64,000 nucleotides of DNA, taken from contig CM082598.2 in assembly GCA_040954595.2 (NCBI GenBank), forward strand, positions 248,001 through 312,000, written 5' to 3'. The stretch comes from Balanoglossus misakiensis (taxonomy: Eukaryota; Animalia; Hemichordata). Below are positions 1-15,159 of this stretch, in pieces. Position 1 is the stretch's first letter, and each line of letters opens with the position of its first letter. The notes beneath the pieces were generated by a model. That model did no database searches and was not told where the DNA came from. It was given only the letters and a program-made list of their open reading frames with translations. A program made the position numbers and the translations under genes.

Positions 1-1236
1 GTTCTCCACAGTTGTGTACAGGTGTACATTACTCACAGAAATATTTTCAGCTTGTTGTCTGACAAACATAGTCTAATAATACTAAAGGGTTGTTCACAGT
101 AGTGTTTATAACTCCAAAGTCAGCCTTGTGAATTATGGTTGATTCATTGTATTTGACACTCAGATAAAAAACAAATCTTACATTTTTGTTTTCTTAATTT
201 GTCTTGCCCTTTAAGCCCTGGGATTAAGAAAATACACTGTTGAATTCATAAATAATTGCAGTCACAATAGAGTAAACTTCATACTCAGACGAGAATTTGA
301 CAGAATGTTATAGTAAATGGTTGAACCAATATACTTAATTAGCTAGGTAACAGAGTCTCAAAGATTATCATAGCAACCATCAGCGTGAGATCTTGGCAAC
401 AACAAACACTGTGATGGTGAAATGTATGCATGTATTGGTTCATGTACTTGAATTGCAGAAAATTGATCACCACAATGACAAATACATTTTTATCAATAAT
501 ATTTTAGCCACAAGACAACAGTAATAATGAATATAGAATTCACATTTCTGATTTCAAATGTGACATTAATCAGTGCATCCTCAATGAGGTTCGTTACTGT
601 TCCTACCTAACCTATGTGTAGCCCAAAGTTCCACTGTCAAATTTCATGTCTAAAATGCAATATTGCCGTCAAAATCAACAAATTCTACACTGTTAATAAC
701 CATGTTCCTCGTTCCTCCTTACAACAAACCTGAATCACCCATGCCTACATTTACATGTCTGGCTGAGTAATAGAAAATAATGAGAGCTTGTTCTTCAATA
801 AATACATCACGCACAGTATGTACAGTTGTGAAGATGTTAAATATACTAGTCCCAAACACGTCTCTATAGTAACGCAGTTTGCAACAAACAACAAATTAGG
901 TGCAATTTATTATTTCACTGCTTTCAAGTTGTGTCATGCAAGGGCTGTTATCCATGTATGATTATCACTGGAGCATTAAGTCTCAAAAAATCGGGTGACT
1001 GACTTCCATTCTTTTCAAATAAATGCATTGATTTGCGTTCATTGGAGTGTGAACTCCTGAAAAAATACTTCAAACTGAGTGTTTACAACAACCAGTTTCT
1101 GTACATCACAGAATATAATCAGCTCTTTTCATCTGATCAAGATTCATTGTATTATCCTGTGACATTCAAGCCATCATTAGTCGCAGCAGACAGAGCTAAT
1201 GAGGATGAAGCAGCTTCATCTTCTCTCTGCTGTGGT

Positions 1237-1250
1237 GTTGCCATGGGAAC
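1237..1250. promoter_or_regulatory. RFX X-box-like motif
   Basis: GTTGCCATGGGAAC; similar motifs at 1772 and 1805. Confidence 0.35.
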
Positions 1251-3955
1251 AGTGTGATAGATGACTGGGCTCTGTTGGGCATTTTCCTCTCTTTGTGAAA
1301 GCATATGTAAAAAGGTTCTGCCACAGGCATACTGACTCAGGAGTGTTGCAAATCATTTTTCTTTTGTTACAAATGATAGGGCTGCCACAACACTATTTCT
1401 ACAATTTCTGAGAGAAAGTTTCTCCAAAATGTTTGTTGTTAGAGGCACGTTTTGGATGTGTATCAGTCCTCACTTTTCTCTTTTTGAAAACAAAATAATT
1501 TCTTAATTGGTTAAATTGTTTTGTGTTAAATGAACAGATGTACTAGCAATAACTCATTCGATACGATTCAGTAAACTGACATCATTCAACCACACAAATG
1601 TAGTAAAAATCCAATACCAATTCAATACCAAAATGTTCAGTGCATGATTTTGAAAGAACACAACAGATGGAAAATGTATATGATATCAATTCAGATCAAT
1701 AAAACTGAAAAGTGGGTTGTTTTGTTATAGAGTGTATGTTATTTGAGCAACTGAGCCAATATGAGTGTGCAGTTGCCATAGCAATAGCAGTTGTTGGTTT
1801 TCTCGTTGCTATGAGACCAAAAATTAAAACAATAGCTGCTTGTGTTGCTTAAGATGAATCTATGCATGAAATCGATACAGATCGCGGAGTGGTAATAATT
1901 GAATTTCAAAGTATTCTAGCTGCCATGTTTCGACTCTGTAATGCGTGAGCAAACATTTCATATATTCTATGTGTACTGAACCATACTCTGCTTAAAATAA
2001 ATGATTGAGTTGACATTACCAGAGGGTTGACTACATTAATGAGTTTGTTGAAATGATTAATAATCTCAACAGTTGAGATGTATTAATTTGACATTTTTGT
2101 CCTTAAAAATAAACCCAAAGCGAGCCAATATGTGTCTACTTACAAATGACCTATAGAAATTGTCCAGTCATCCATCATATGAACATTCTGATCAGCAGAA
2201 AGACTACTAAATTTTAATCTGTAAATATTATATAAAACAATTCTGTTTATTTTTAGCAGAAGATATATAAGTTCCATAAAAAGGGGCCTTAGTAACAGGA
2301 ATGAAATCGGAGAGAATTTAAAAAAAATGATCAATGATTTTCTGTTTCTTGCTTTTGTGAATTTCAATTTCAGATCATAAACTCAACTGCAAAGATGACC
2401 AGGTTTTACGTGGCAATAGGCAATTGCATTGGTTGAATTACAGAGCTGTTTTTTTTCAGTCCGTTGTACAACCACACCCAGGCAAGAGTCAGGGTTGTGT
2501 ACTGTTTGAACACTGGGTCCCCATGAGATGTTTGCTGTACATGCACCCATGATGAACAACCCTGTCAGCAATAACAATACGCCTTTGTTCACCTCTGGAA
2601 GGGCGTGAGGTATAAAACCCCAGCTGACTTGAAATGAGGTCTGCTATTGTACAAAGAACGACCCTCTCTAACCTACATGCATTGTAAACACACTTTTCTC
2701 GTTGAAGTGGAAACTCATTTATGTTTTTTCTGCCATGGTATTAAAACCCCAGACAAACAGAAAGTTTTTTTAGCAGTCCTTGTTGGTCTGAAAAGTGTTG
2801 AGTGTTTCTGAGTGTTTACAGCTTTGTGACTTTGTGACATTCAGGTTTTGGAGTGTCACCCCCCTGATTTGAAAAGACGGGCAGTGTTGCCACAGCAACT
2901 GGGACACCAACAGTAAATAAAGTCTGAGAGAGCCATTTTGAAGCAACTTTTCACTCCTTGATGTGGTACTTGTGCAAAGTTGTATTGGCAACGTAAAACT
3001 GCTTCTAAAATCACTTACTGTGGTCATTGGTGGTAAATATGACACATCATGCACTTAATGTTGCTGCTGGACATAAACTTTACTGCTATTTGACCGGGAT
3101 TTTGCATGCTGTTGACTCACAAACTTTTTCACAAATCAGCTTGAAAATGGCCAACATTATTTCAAAATGACCATCAAAACATATTGGTCAAATCAGCAAC
3201 TGTGGTAAAAGTGTAAAGTTCTTCCAAGGGGCAACATCAGCAAACATGAAAGAGTTTATGATAAGTAGTTCAGTCAAAGCCAAGCTCTTAATTGTGACCA
3301 GGGCAAAGGTTTGAGTGTTTTGTTTTGTTCAGTCAAAAGGGTGATATTGTACCTCCACCAAAATCACCCTCTATAAAATTCACAAACTACAATTAAAAGG
3401 TTTAAAGGCCATTGCTCTCTGAGAGGGAGTCTATTAAAATTACCAAGGTGAAGGAAGCAATCATTTTGCAGTGGACTTTTGTGTACCATTATCACAGTTA
3501 TTTCATGAGTGGTTCAATGTCAGTGCAGGGTCTGTGTTGTCCGAGGACGAATGAATGAACTTTATCTCAAGGACAGACGACAATACATGTTATTAGGTGT
3601 ACCATTTGTATAGCACATAGCACACACAGTAGCTCATCTCACAAAATGATTCGAACAACACTGCAAGTCATTCATTTTATGGTTGGCCTCCCACTCCCTT
3701 CCCTCAGAATCCATCTTGACCAATCATCAACAACGTTTCCAATCATGTGATACTGCTGAGCATTGGTATGAAAGGAGAAATATTTCAGTATGTAATTGTA
3801 CAAAAAATCAAATGTAATATGGGCCTTTTAGTATTAAACTTCTACAGCTGTCAGCTATGACCATGAAATGACATTGAATAGTATGTTATCCCACACATGA
3901 AATAGAGTCAGTATTTTACGGTATTTAAATTTTGTAATTCTTTCGTTGTTTTCAG

Positions 3956-6900
3956 GGTCCAGGAACGGACTTTGAAAGTTATTCAAGTCACTATGACAAG
4001 ACATTCACCAAATTTCCCAGAGAAGTGGATGATGAGACAGCAATGGATATCCATGCTCAGCCTGGTGGAGATTATTCCTTTTATTTACGTGATTTACAAG
4101 TCAGGACACAGTAAGTAGACATTGCTTTAGTTCTTTTGCACATTACTCCAGAAAGTCCTTTTGCAAATGCACAGCTATATTTACAAATCCCCATGCAGTT
4201 TCTAAACATGAGCTTTTACCTTCAGCTATTTATCAATATTTTGTTCTGACAATAAATGTTATGCAGTTCCCTTTTTGAAACCCCTTTCCAACACTAATAC
4301 GAGTTCTTAGACTCAGTATGCTCGGAAAAAACGGTTGCTGACACTCAACAAGAGTACTCACAAAAATTAAACATACAGTAAAGTCTCAAGAACAGAATAC
4401 GAATAACATCATTCAATTATTGACCTACCTAGGGGTGGTTTGCGGTATCGTCCATCATCTGGGAGATCGGTCACTTCTGACGTGGAAAGAGCCGAATTGA
4501 CCGAAGAATTACGCAAGATGGATGCTGGTGATGCCGGTAGCCATGGTTACTTGATCAGTGCCGATGTCAATCAGTTGACTGAGCCGTACATGCAACAATC
4601 GCAGAAATCATCTTCTGGTTTGGATGGTAAAGTCAGCAAAACGCGAAAACCAACCTCGGCTAAGTAAGTATTTTTGAGTGCCAGAATTTCACACCCAGAG
4701 CACTTAATCCACTACCATACGCTACGCTGTTTGTCATGTTGTTTTAGTGCAGTTTTGTAGCAGTTGTGTTGACTTTTGGCAGCGAAACAATGGCCAAAAC
4801 GACACAAGCGATTCACGACTCTCATAGAAGCTTGCGTTCAACTCTATACTGTACTGCGCAAGTAAAAGTCATCGCCGTACCGTAATCAGATCGCTGTAAA
4901 TGGGACTACTGAGTGGAGAGGGCCATAGGGGAGACAAACTCTTCTGAGAGTGTTACCAGACTACAATACATTATGATTATAAAGTTCGTACCAAGTTTCT
5001 CACCAATGGGGCCATAGTTTGACTAAGATATTAAGATTGGTCGGGGGAAAAAGTATTTCTCGAGGTTTCTTGGGTGCCAAGACCAGGATGCCTGATTGAT
5101 TCTGACTTTTGTTTCTGAAAGAAATCTTGGGTCACACTTAATAGTCTATGTTAGGATTATATATTAAAGTTTGTTGAAACTCACCCGAAGTTGTGTTCAT
5201 TGGATATTCTTCTTTCATTTTAATCCTTTAGAGGGGTGTTGTCTGCAATGAAGTTAGCTGCCTCGTTGAAAAGTGCCAATTATCTCGGAAGGTCTGCAGG
5301 ATCTCCGTACATACCAATGACAATCACTCCATGGGAAAGAGTCGACACTCCAAGTGATTTGGTTGATGTTCCTCTGGCTCCATCAAGTCCGTTGAGTCGA
5401 CCCACAACAGCTGACCTGATCTCGCTAAGATCAAGGAGATCACTCGCTTCAGCAGGGTCAGGTGTTGGTCAAAGATCAGACGCCTCTGAAAGTGCAATAC
5501 AGGGACAAGGTGATGAAGTGTTTGAAACAACAGAAGGTATGTATACAAACCCCCAAGCACAATATAAAGACGTGATATATGTAGTTCTTAAAAGTTCCAA
5601 TTAAAGCCCCAATAGCTGTCACTTTTTTGCTTTATACTCTTGCAATGATCACCGTTTCATAAGCAAGAACCAGAGTTTTCTCTGTGAAAGTTAACGAGTT
5701 AGCCGGTATCTCCTTTTGTATAGTGGTACTGACACTGACCATCTTGTTAAAATTTTAAGTTGCAATGTTTGAGAGTTCTTCCTTGAAGGAGTGAAGATGA
5801 AAAACTTTTCATTATCAACTCCTCTTTATGTTCCATCTAATGTACTTCATAGACGAACCAATCAAAGACATGTACATCATTGATGAACCAACCAGAACTC
5901 TTAATACAGCTGCTGTAGGCAAGGAGGAAACTGTGGAGCCAATCGCAAAGCTTGACAGATCAGTACATTCAGACAACGTCGATAAAGTTGACGAGCAGTC
6001 TGTGGTTGATGAACAACTCATTGTTGATGTTGACGACAATATTGATATTGATATTAACATTTATGATGATGATGTCGAAGATGAGGAATTGTTTAATGAA
6101 GGTCTGGACGATGAAATTTGGCCAACACCAGGAATGGTTGAACCTGGTCTTGAAGACAAGGGTGCGTTACTTAAAAGTGAAAACAATGACCTTCTGATGG
6201 TAAAAAAATTGCATGTAATGCTGATCTGTTTACGCTAATTTTGGAAAGCTATAACAATCACGCACCTACTAACATTTTCGCTTTAATATCAATAATTATA
6301 AAAGAGGTAGATGCAAGCTATCTTTAACAGCAACGACCACTTCTTGGTGTGTGGATCTTATCATGGCATTGGGAATAATTGGCTTTCAGATGTGGCAAAT
6401 GGGTTAAAAGACTAATAACAGTTTAAAAGTCATGTATAGATATGTAGATTTTAGCTAGAGTGTATGTTTAGCAACACACATGATATACACACTTATAGCT
6501 GGTGTTGGGACATACTGGTATTGGTGCAATATTAACTTTATTTTTGCTGAATTTTGTGTTTGATTTTTATTGGTCACAGGTGTAGAGATAGAGCAATTTG
6601 CTATATACATGTATATGGATGACTCATACAGTCAAACCTGCCTATAGTAGCCAGTCAAAGGACTTCATTAAACTGGTCTTTATAAACAGGTCCATTAATG
6701 CACATGTAAATTGCACATGTGGCTGCTATAGGCAAGTTTCCACTATACAGAAGTGGACACAAACACGGGTTTGACTGAATTATGGTTTGATCTTTCCACA
6801 GGAGCATTAGAAGCCGAAGATCATGATAAAGCATTTGATGATGGAAGAGATGTGGGTAGACCAGCATCAGTGCCTGTTTCCATGGCAACTGAAGAAGAAG

Positions 6901-9900
6901 AGGAAGATGTTTGGATTGGGCAGCAAGTTGACGAAGAGCGCCCTCCGACAGCAATGTCTGCCGGAGAACTAGAGAATTTGGAACAGCAGCGAGTGACAAC
7001 AACTCCAGTCAGTGAGCGGACAAGGTCGGCTGCATCGTCACGGAAACCATCAGTTGCCGGTAGTGAGAAAGCAAGATCTGTGGGCAGTCGGCCAGCTAGC
7101 GTGGCAGAGCCTTTGCCTGGGAGTAGAGCAGCCAGCAGACCTGGTAGTGTTGTTGAACCATCCCCTGGTAGTGGGGCACCCAGCAGAACTGGGAGTGCAG
7201 CAGAGCTATTGGTCGCTGGGAATGACATGGCTGTCTCTGGTCCAGGTAGTGGCAAAGTGGAAAGTGGAATTGGAAGTGAAAGGGCTGCATCTGTGCTTGG
7301 CAGTGTTCAAAGTGAAGCTGATAATGAGGGAGTTGAAGAAAGTTTACAAACAGCACAGCCACTGCAAGCGCCGTATCAAGGTGAGATGGACTATCAGTGG
7401 AGATTTTAAAAGTGGAAGATACAATAATTCTTCAATCTATGTATTTCTGACATGTCATAGAGTGCATGTTTCAGAGAGTTGTCTTGCTTATGTATTATGC
7501 ACATAATAAATGAAATGGTCAAAGTGTTTTTAATTAGTGTAATTAGATTTGATGATGATCATTCTGGATCAGTTACACTGGTTATGTAATAAAGGCAGTG
7601 GTGTTATTGTCCATTACATGTTTTGTTAAGAGCAGTATCTTTAATTTTCTTTTTCATTCCACCAAAAAATGAGTGTCTTTGAGATGTACTATAAACATCT
7701 AAAGACATAGGGAATATTCAAGAAAATTTAGAAGATATTTTGAGGTCTGAATAAACTTTACAGGGTTGCAGATTGTAGGAATTTACGAATAATATTTTAT
7801 GAAATTCTAGTATGTTTCCTAATCATTGCTGTTCTGTTTCAATGGTAGTTATGACAACAGGAGATGAAGCCGGGACTTTTGATGAGAGCCAAGCTGAGCC
7901 CATTGCAGAAGATGCCACAGATACCCTGGCAGAATACACAGCAGAACCCACAACAGATGAACCTACACCCCTGGGATCTGGGGATGTAGTGCGACCAGCA
8001 ACAACAGAATCCCAGAAGCCAGTCACTCCTGGCTCAGAAGTGAATTCAATCAAATCTTTAGGTGAGTTCACACAGTGATGGGAAAATTGGCAGAAGAAAA
8101 AAACATTGAGAAAGTGACTCAAGATCACAATTGTCCCATTCTGTATTGTTCTGTTCTTTGAATCACCTGTTGTTTTTGCTGTTTCAAGAAATCTTACAAA
8201 ATATTACTCATTTTCAGGAGATCGAGAGAAAGAAAAAGATGAGCCTGCTAAATCAACTTCAAGAAAATTGGCCACAAAGACATCTGGTGTCCCAAGTGAT
8301 GTACTAGTCATACCACAGGAGAAATCAACTGCCAATCAGAAAGAAGTAGACAAATCAGCCAATCAAAAGGCATCATTACCTCCCAATCAAAAACCAGAAA
8401 CTCCACCCAGTGCAAAGAAACTAGAACCAGCCAAGACCACACAAGATACTAAAAAACAAGACACATCTGAAAAAGTAACAAAGTCACCAACACCTCCAAA
8501 ACAAGCCAAGAAAACATCGGTCACTTCACCCAGGTCATCAGTAACAGTGCCACCACGACGACCAGTGTCAGCTAAGAAGGAAACGCCACCTCCTCCGCAA
8601 AAGAAGGAAGGTTTAGATTTGAGTGAATTGAAGTCTTTGGTGACTAAAAAAGATGTTTCCAGCGAGGTATGTGGAATTCAGAAATAAATTAGAATCAGAT
8701 CATTTTCACAAGCAACCACATTAAAAGTTTAATAGAAGAAAGTCATAATCAGTCTATCTACAGCAGTTGCAGATTTTAACTCCAAGATCTTTGGTGTTGT
8801 TTCAGAAGTCGAAAGGAAAGAAGGTTGCACCACCAAAGAAGGAACGGAAGAAAAAAGGAAGTAAAATGCAGTTTGTTGACAGTCTGGGTATTGAGAGCTA
8901 CGAGCCATCCAAAGAAGAAATCGAACAAATGGTTCAAGAAGAGGTAAGTTTTGGAACAAAAAGATACAGTTTCTCTCAGTATCAAAGAATGGATGGAAAG
9001 AGTAATATTTATTTTCATTAATCAAACAGCTTGCCAAACAGTTAGCAGCTAAGAACCTGTCTGAGATTGTGACTAAAGAGAGCGAACCTCCTAAGTCAGT
9101 TTCTGTGGCATCCAAGGGAGACAGTGGTGTTGACACGGCAGTTACCGGGGAAACAGAATCAATTGCTCAACAAAGTAAGTGACCTTTCACATTTTTCTTT
9201 CATCAAACCAATCACCAAACCTCAGTTAAGATCGTTTTACTTTGGTAGTTGTGTTGGAATATTTGTATTTACTGGACCCATATAGAGAAATTCATTGCAA
9301 TTTTCAATATAAACTATTCAGATTTGTTTTATCTGCTATGCATCCACAGATCATGTATTATTGGATTATGACACTTGATTGTCAAATTTGATTTTTTGAT
9401 TTCGTAGATGAAGCAGAAGAAACTGAAGTAACAGAAGCACCGATTTTGAATTCTGATGAAGAGGATGCCAACATAGAAGCGGAACTTAAAGAGAAATTTG
9501 GAGAAAAAATGAAAAACAAGAAGAGTAAGAAACAAATCAATAAGGAAAGAGCAGCTTTGAAAGAAGCTAAACTTCAAGAAAGAAAGGTGAGTTTGTAAGA
9601 AATGTGAAGAACTTCTGGATGAAATGAAGTATTTATCACAGTAGGAAATTGATGCAGTCACATGCTATCATAAGATTTTGAAGATCATCAAAAACTTTTT
9701 GACAGAATTTCTGTACAATTGACTTGGTAAAGTCAGCAGTTTTGACCTCAAATTCTGGAAAATTGCTTTGATATCTCAGTAAGAAATTTACAACTTTGAG
9801 TATGTGAACCCAGCATCAAGGATTACTTGTAACTGTCGACCGAAGATTGAGTTTCTTTTACTTTCCTATTTAAAATCTGTTGTCATTTTTGCAGAGGAAA

Positions 9901-11985
9901 GAAGAAGAACGTAAGGAACTTATTGAAAAGAAAAAACAAAAGGAAGAAGAAAAGAGGAGACAAATTGAAGAACAGAAAAGAAGAAAAATGGTAACTTGCA
10001 TAAACATTGGATGGACTTGTAGTTTGCCCAGTTCATTCAACATTCACACATTCTTGACAACTTTTTTGTTGTGGTACTAACTTTAAAGTTGACCCCAATA
10101 ATTATGTACAGTGAAACATGTTTATTGAGGGCACCTCTTGGAACAGAAAAACTGTCCTTAATAGAGAGGTGACCTGATTAGAGAGATGTCCATAACATGG
10201 CAGAAAATTGCCATTTTGGAATTCTGTCAACTGAAGAAGATTTGTATGACCATATTAAACCCTAAACTAGATTTAAAAAACCTTTCTGAATGAGATTTTG
10301 ATGACTCACCTAGGTAGCAAACCCTGTTTAAGGTGGTGTTCATTGATTGATATCTTGAGTCTCTCTTGCGTCTTAAGATGGCTGAAGAAGACGCCATGGA
10401 TGCAGCCAGAGAAGCAGAAGAAGCCAGGCAAGCTGAGGAGGAAGCCAGACAGATGTTACAAGATGCAAGACGCAAAGCGAGAGAAGAACGTGAAGCTAAG
10501 AGAAAAGCGGAGATTGAACGAAGGAAACATGAGAGAGATGCACAGAGAGAGGAACGAAGGAGAATGGTAGGTTAATATTTCTGTTGCTTGCGTTCAAAGG
10601 AGATAGTTGCTGGATGGATATGCCCCTCAAAAATCAAAGTCTTAACCCTTTCACCACCATGGTTTGTTTCAAATCCATTGTTTTCTATGGTAGAGTTGGA
10701 GCTCTATAGAGGGAATAGGGGTGAAAGGGTTAAACTTTTTCCTCATATATGTATGCAGTGAAGTCTATAAACTTGATGTGTGCTGACATTAGTGATGCAA
10801 GGCACTGCTTCAGCTATGTGGCCACATTAGAATTGTGTTTTCATTTCACTCCCAAAATAGGAAGAAGATGCCAGAAAGAGAGAGAAGGAAATGCTGGATA
10901 GATTGGCATCGGCCGAAGAGAGACGGAGATTGCGGGAAGAAGAGGAAGAGAGAGAATGGGAAAGGGAAGAGCAGCTCCGATTGGAGGAAGAGGAAAGGCA
11001 AATGCAGGAAGAAGAAGAAAGAAAACGAATGGAAGAGGAAGAAGACAAAATCAGGGAATTAGAGAGACAGGTCAGTATTATGAAATAGGAAATATCAACT
11101 GTTACGCAGCTACATAAATGTAACATGTCAGTAACGCTGTATGAATTCTAGGCCTGATTTTTTCTTACCTTTGATATCATCTCGCTTTATCTTTTGATAT
11201 TTCACTGTGACAGGCGGAAGAAGAAGCCATGGCCAGGCTGATCCGAGATCGTTTGGAAGCGGAGGAGAGACGTCGACAAGCGCAGGAAGATGCTGAGAGA
11301 CAAAGAATTGAAGAGGAAATGAGAAGGTTAGTTGGAATGTGTGATGCAGACTTTTGGGATAATGTGAAGATACATGCTTCATTATGCAGTAGAAAGGCCC
11401 TGATGTTGATTTGCAGAACAAACATTTTGACCCTCCCTTAAAAAACTTCTTCTCATCAGGCAAGAAGAGCTCTTACGTCAACAAGAGGAAGAAGAACGAC
11501 GTCTTAAGAAAGAATTAGAAAATAGACGCAGACTTGAAGAAGAAAAACTGAGATTACAAGAGGTATCATTTATCTCTCATTTGATCTTATGAAAGTAGTT
11601 TTTATGATTTACATTTCTTGTAATTATGAAACATTTTGTTCTTCTGCTTACAAGAAGGATCAGAATAGCATATGGACAGTTTTAATCGTACAATGTATTT
11701 AATTTGTTTCAGATTCAACGCATAGAAATGGAGGCTCGTGAGCGAGTGAGACAAGAAATTGAAAAGCGCCGTGCTGAGCTTATGAAGAGACGTGAGCAGA
11801 ACCTAGAACACAGAGACCATCTTCAAAATGTCCGGCAGACACAGGGTTTGACCAGACCATGGGTGTTTTCATATTATGTCCATTGGCCGAGGGATACTTA
11901 TGAGAAACCTCTTCCATCAAATGATGACAAAAAGAAAAAGAAAGGTTTTAGACCAAAAGCAAAGGCTAAACCTAAAACCAGTTAA
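3956..11985 (+). CDS. KIAA2012-like protein (low-complexity N-region, long E/R/K coiled coil); multi-exon, 5' end probably upstream of the window
   Basis: GT-AG exons chain in frame from 3956-4110 (GPGTDFESY...) through the acidic, Ser/Pro-rich and E/R-rich ORF fragments to the last exon ending TAA at 11985. The C-terminal QTQGLTRPWVFSYY after a charged coiled coil resembles the KIAA2012/DUF4670 C-terminus (TQNISRPWVYSYF, recalled from memory). The first visible exon has an acceptor and no start ATG. Confidence 0.7.
6627..6747. mobile_element. Tc1/mariner(pogo)-like MITE, TA-flanked
   Basis: TACAGTCAAACCTGCCTATAGTAGCCA and TGGCTGCTATAGGCAAGTTTCCACTATA are imperfect terminal inverted repeats of about 27 bp. 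Confidence 0.65.
10642..10733. mobile_element. TTAA-flanked piggyBac-like MITE (family A)
   Basis: TTAA-CCCTTTCACC ... GGTGAAAGGG-TTAA; related copies occur elsewhere in the window. Confidence 0.75.
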
Positions 11986-14900
11986 TAAAACACCACTGAA
12001 AATAATTAGGGTCTACCACGTCATCATGGTGAAATAATTAATTCTCATACAGCTCTGTGATGAGCTGCTTTGAGTCAACAGATAAAATATAGTCTCTGTT
12101 TCCAACACACCAAACAGTAAAATGTGTGTGACTTGTAGGAGCATATTTTATCCACAGTCGGCCCTTTGTTTACCAGTAAACAGTTCTGTGCACAGAAATA
12201 AGGTCTGTTGTTTGTATCTATGGAAAGGCCACCATCAACAAATATAGGCCTTTAAATCCTCAGTTGTCAATGACAATTGGAAAAATTATGAATTACAAAA
12301 CAACCCCGTTTTCCCTTGGAAATGGATTCAAGTGTACTCCAGTTAAAATATCACCATGGTTACTTGGCAGGAAAGATTCCAAGTGCTAGAACAATCAGAT
12401 AGTTTGTAAGTTATCAAAGATGATTGTGACAATCTGAGTATAAAAGTTGTAAACTTGTTGATAAAATCGATCTCTCGACTTCTTTATGCAGTTCATGTAT
12501 GTATTAAAAGACTAATCACACCATTTGTGTTTAGCAGATAAAATCTTTCCTTGAGGAGAAATGAATTTGTATTACTGTGCAGTTGTTACAAAGAAAAGAA
12601 ATATGGACATGTAAAGCTGATGCCCTGTGCGTTTGTATCGTGAAACTTTCTAAATAAGTGTCAGAGTCAAATTTATTCTTTCTTTTTAAACAGAAACAAT
12701 CACTGTTTGTTAATTATTAATTTAAGACAAGAGTACTTTTTCCTGTGAAAATTATGTTTCTGGAATTAGAGTGGATAACTCAACAGTTGGCATAGCAACC
12801 AGTAAGAGTTATCAATAATGGAGAAGTTCGATCAATGATGTGTTACGAAAGAGAACAATTTACAATTTTTAAATCAAGTTTTAGAGACGTGTCAAAATAA
12901 CCTTTTACTTGCAATATTTTCATGCAACTTTGAATATTGTTTCAGTGCAACAGTGTCTCAGGTTGTACATGAAAATTGCTCTGTTACAGAGCTGAATTCT
13001 GTACCCTCTTCTGTTTTGTATGTCGTTATCATGATGTTTACTGAAAACGATGAAATATTGTTCAGTTTGTCAAAAATGTACATAGTCTATAAAGTGTTTT
13101 CTGATTTGTATATAGTTTTGTATATAATGATTCCAAGTACCTAACAGAGTGTTGCAGTTGTACTTCCAATATGGATTCAAAAATCTGTGCCAAGGTAGTC
13201 TTAAAGTAACAGTTGTCTACACTTTAATCCGCTCGGGCACCCCAGTTTTTGGTTATGAAAACAATTGTCATGCCAGGTCCTATGTGTGACATTACAACCA
13301 AGCATCAACCCTAACCAATATAAATCTTTGTATATTTTGCCAAAATATTACCATGATAAATGGCGAACTATGATTATTATGAATCAGAGATTTTTGTTGC
13401 TATCGTTTGCTGCATGTTTTTTTTTAGTTTTGAAAACAAAACAGTCACTACAAATACTGAAGGATGCTACAATATGATCTATAAATCCTACCACTTACTA
13501 TTCACTTCATAATGTAGTGTGTTTGTAATAATACCCATCATATAAAAGGTATTGTTATTTTTGTTTAACAACTCCATTCTTATGAATCTTGTGGCAATGC
13601 CATCCTGTTTTAAGTTTTATTTATTTACATGCAATGTCCGTCCTGTGAAGTCTTATATTTTGCCGATTTATATGAACTGTTACAGTCACAGTATAATTTG
13701 AATAATTTGAGTACACATTTCATTCATTTGTATGTTTTCAAATCATTTTGGATAGGTACATTCTGAAATAGTTTTGTTTTATGATAGAGTACGCCCTCAC
13801 ACTGGCGACTGTGAAATTGATAGAAAGTTCATCAAGTATCCCTTTGCTAATCTTTGCATGATTCATGTGTTCTGAAAGGTCAGCGATAGATGCAGAGAAA
13901 CGACCACCTTCATCTTCAAATCAGGACAAAATGGTTCTTCCAGAAGTTGAAAAATAAACATGTGTATTATCTGGCAGTAAGTTGCCACTGCGTTGTTTAT
14001 GTGTCAACACACGTACACAGCAAAAATGGCATTGTAAAATCTGGTGGACATTTCCAGTGTATGGTAATAACTGCCACTTGAATATTCTGTATTAGTTTTG
14101 ATGCAGCAGTTTTTTGTAACTTGCAATTTGTCTGTTTTATGTAAAGTTGCAATATTAAATATTTTTGTCTCTACCTGTATACAGCTAATCATGTCTTATT
14201 TTCTTGTCACACATACTCAATCACTGAGCAAAGCTTGAATACAATACAAAGAGGTACTGCAAGCTTATGAAGGAGTAAATGTGGTCCGTTTTCTTAGTCC
14301 CTGTTACTCTCCTTGTTGCTGTGTTCGGGAACGGTTTTAACCATGAAAGAAAAAAACACAAAAACAGCACAAAGAATCAATATACGACAATGTATTAGTC
14401 ATCAATAGAAAATTACATGCTTTTAAAAACTTCATCATTAAAAGTTATTTTTTTTACAAAACGATTTGTTTAATATTTACATCATTTGAAAATCAGGTGG
14501 GATGCATCTTTGGCATACATGATAGAAATATATATTTCCTTTGCATGATTTCAAAACAATCCAGTATATACAATGATCCGATTCTGAGACCTGTCTGAAG
14601 TTATTGTATCACAAAAATAGTTGAAAGATTCAAAACAGATTTTGGCAAAATTTGCATCAAACATACAACAACAAAATTCTTTCAGATATGGTAGAAATTC
14701 ATTTTGAATACTGACACATATATAAACAATATACCATTGTTTTCAGCGGGTAAAGTACCGGTATGTCACGCATAAAAATAGCACTTATAATTTTTTTATA
14801 AAACGGAGTAAAAAAATTGAAAACCTTAACCATCTTGGCAAATTTTATTGTAAACACGTGAAAATGCTATGCTCATATATAATGCATCCCAGAGTACTTG

Positions 14901-15031
14901 GTACAAAATACAATTTCTACATTTTTCTCATCACTTTGGCAAGACTAATATCTCAAAGTTAGACAACTGTGTTATAGATAAATCTGTAGTGAATAACATT
15001 TCTGGTTCTTAGTATCTCAGAAAGAGTTTGG

Positions 15032-15159
15032 CAACAAATGAAAATAAAAGTAAAACAAAGTCAAAATTAACAAATGAAAATAAAACAAAGTCAAAAATCA
15101 ACAAATGAACATAAAACAAAGTCAAAAGTCAACAAATGAAAATAAAACAAAATCAAAAG
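15032..15159. repeat. Minisatellite, about 4 x 30-36 bp
   Basis: Unit is approximately CAACAAATGAAAATAAAACAAAGTCAAAAAT. Confidence 0.85.

Noticed and set aside
5324-11463. Many antisense and alternate-frame ORFs
   Set aside because: Shadows of low-complexity exons of the + strand gene.
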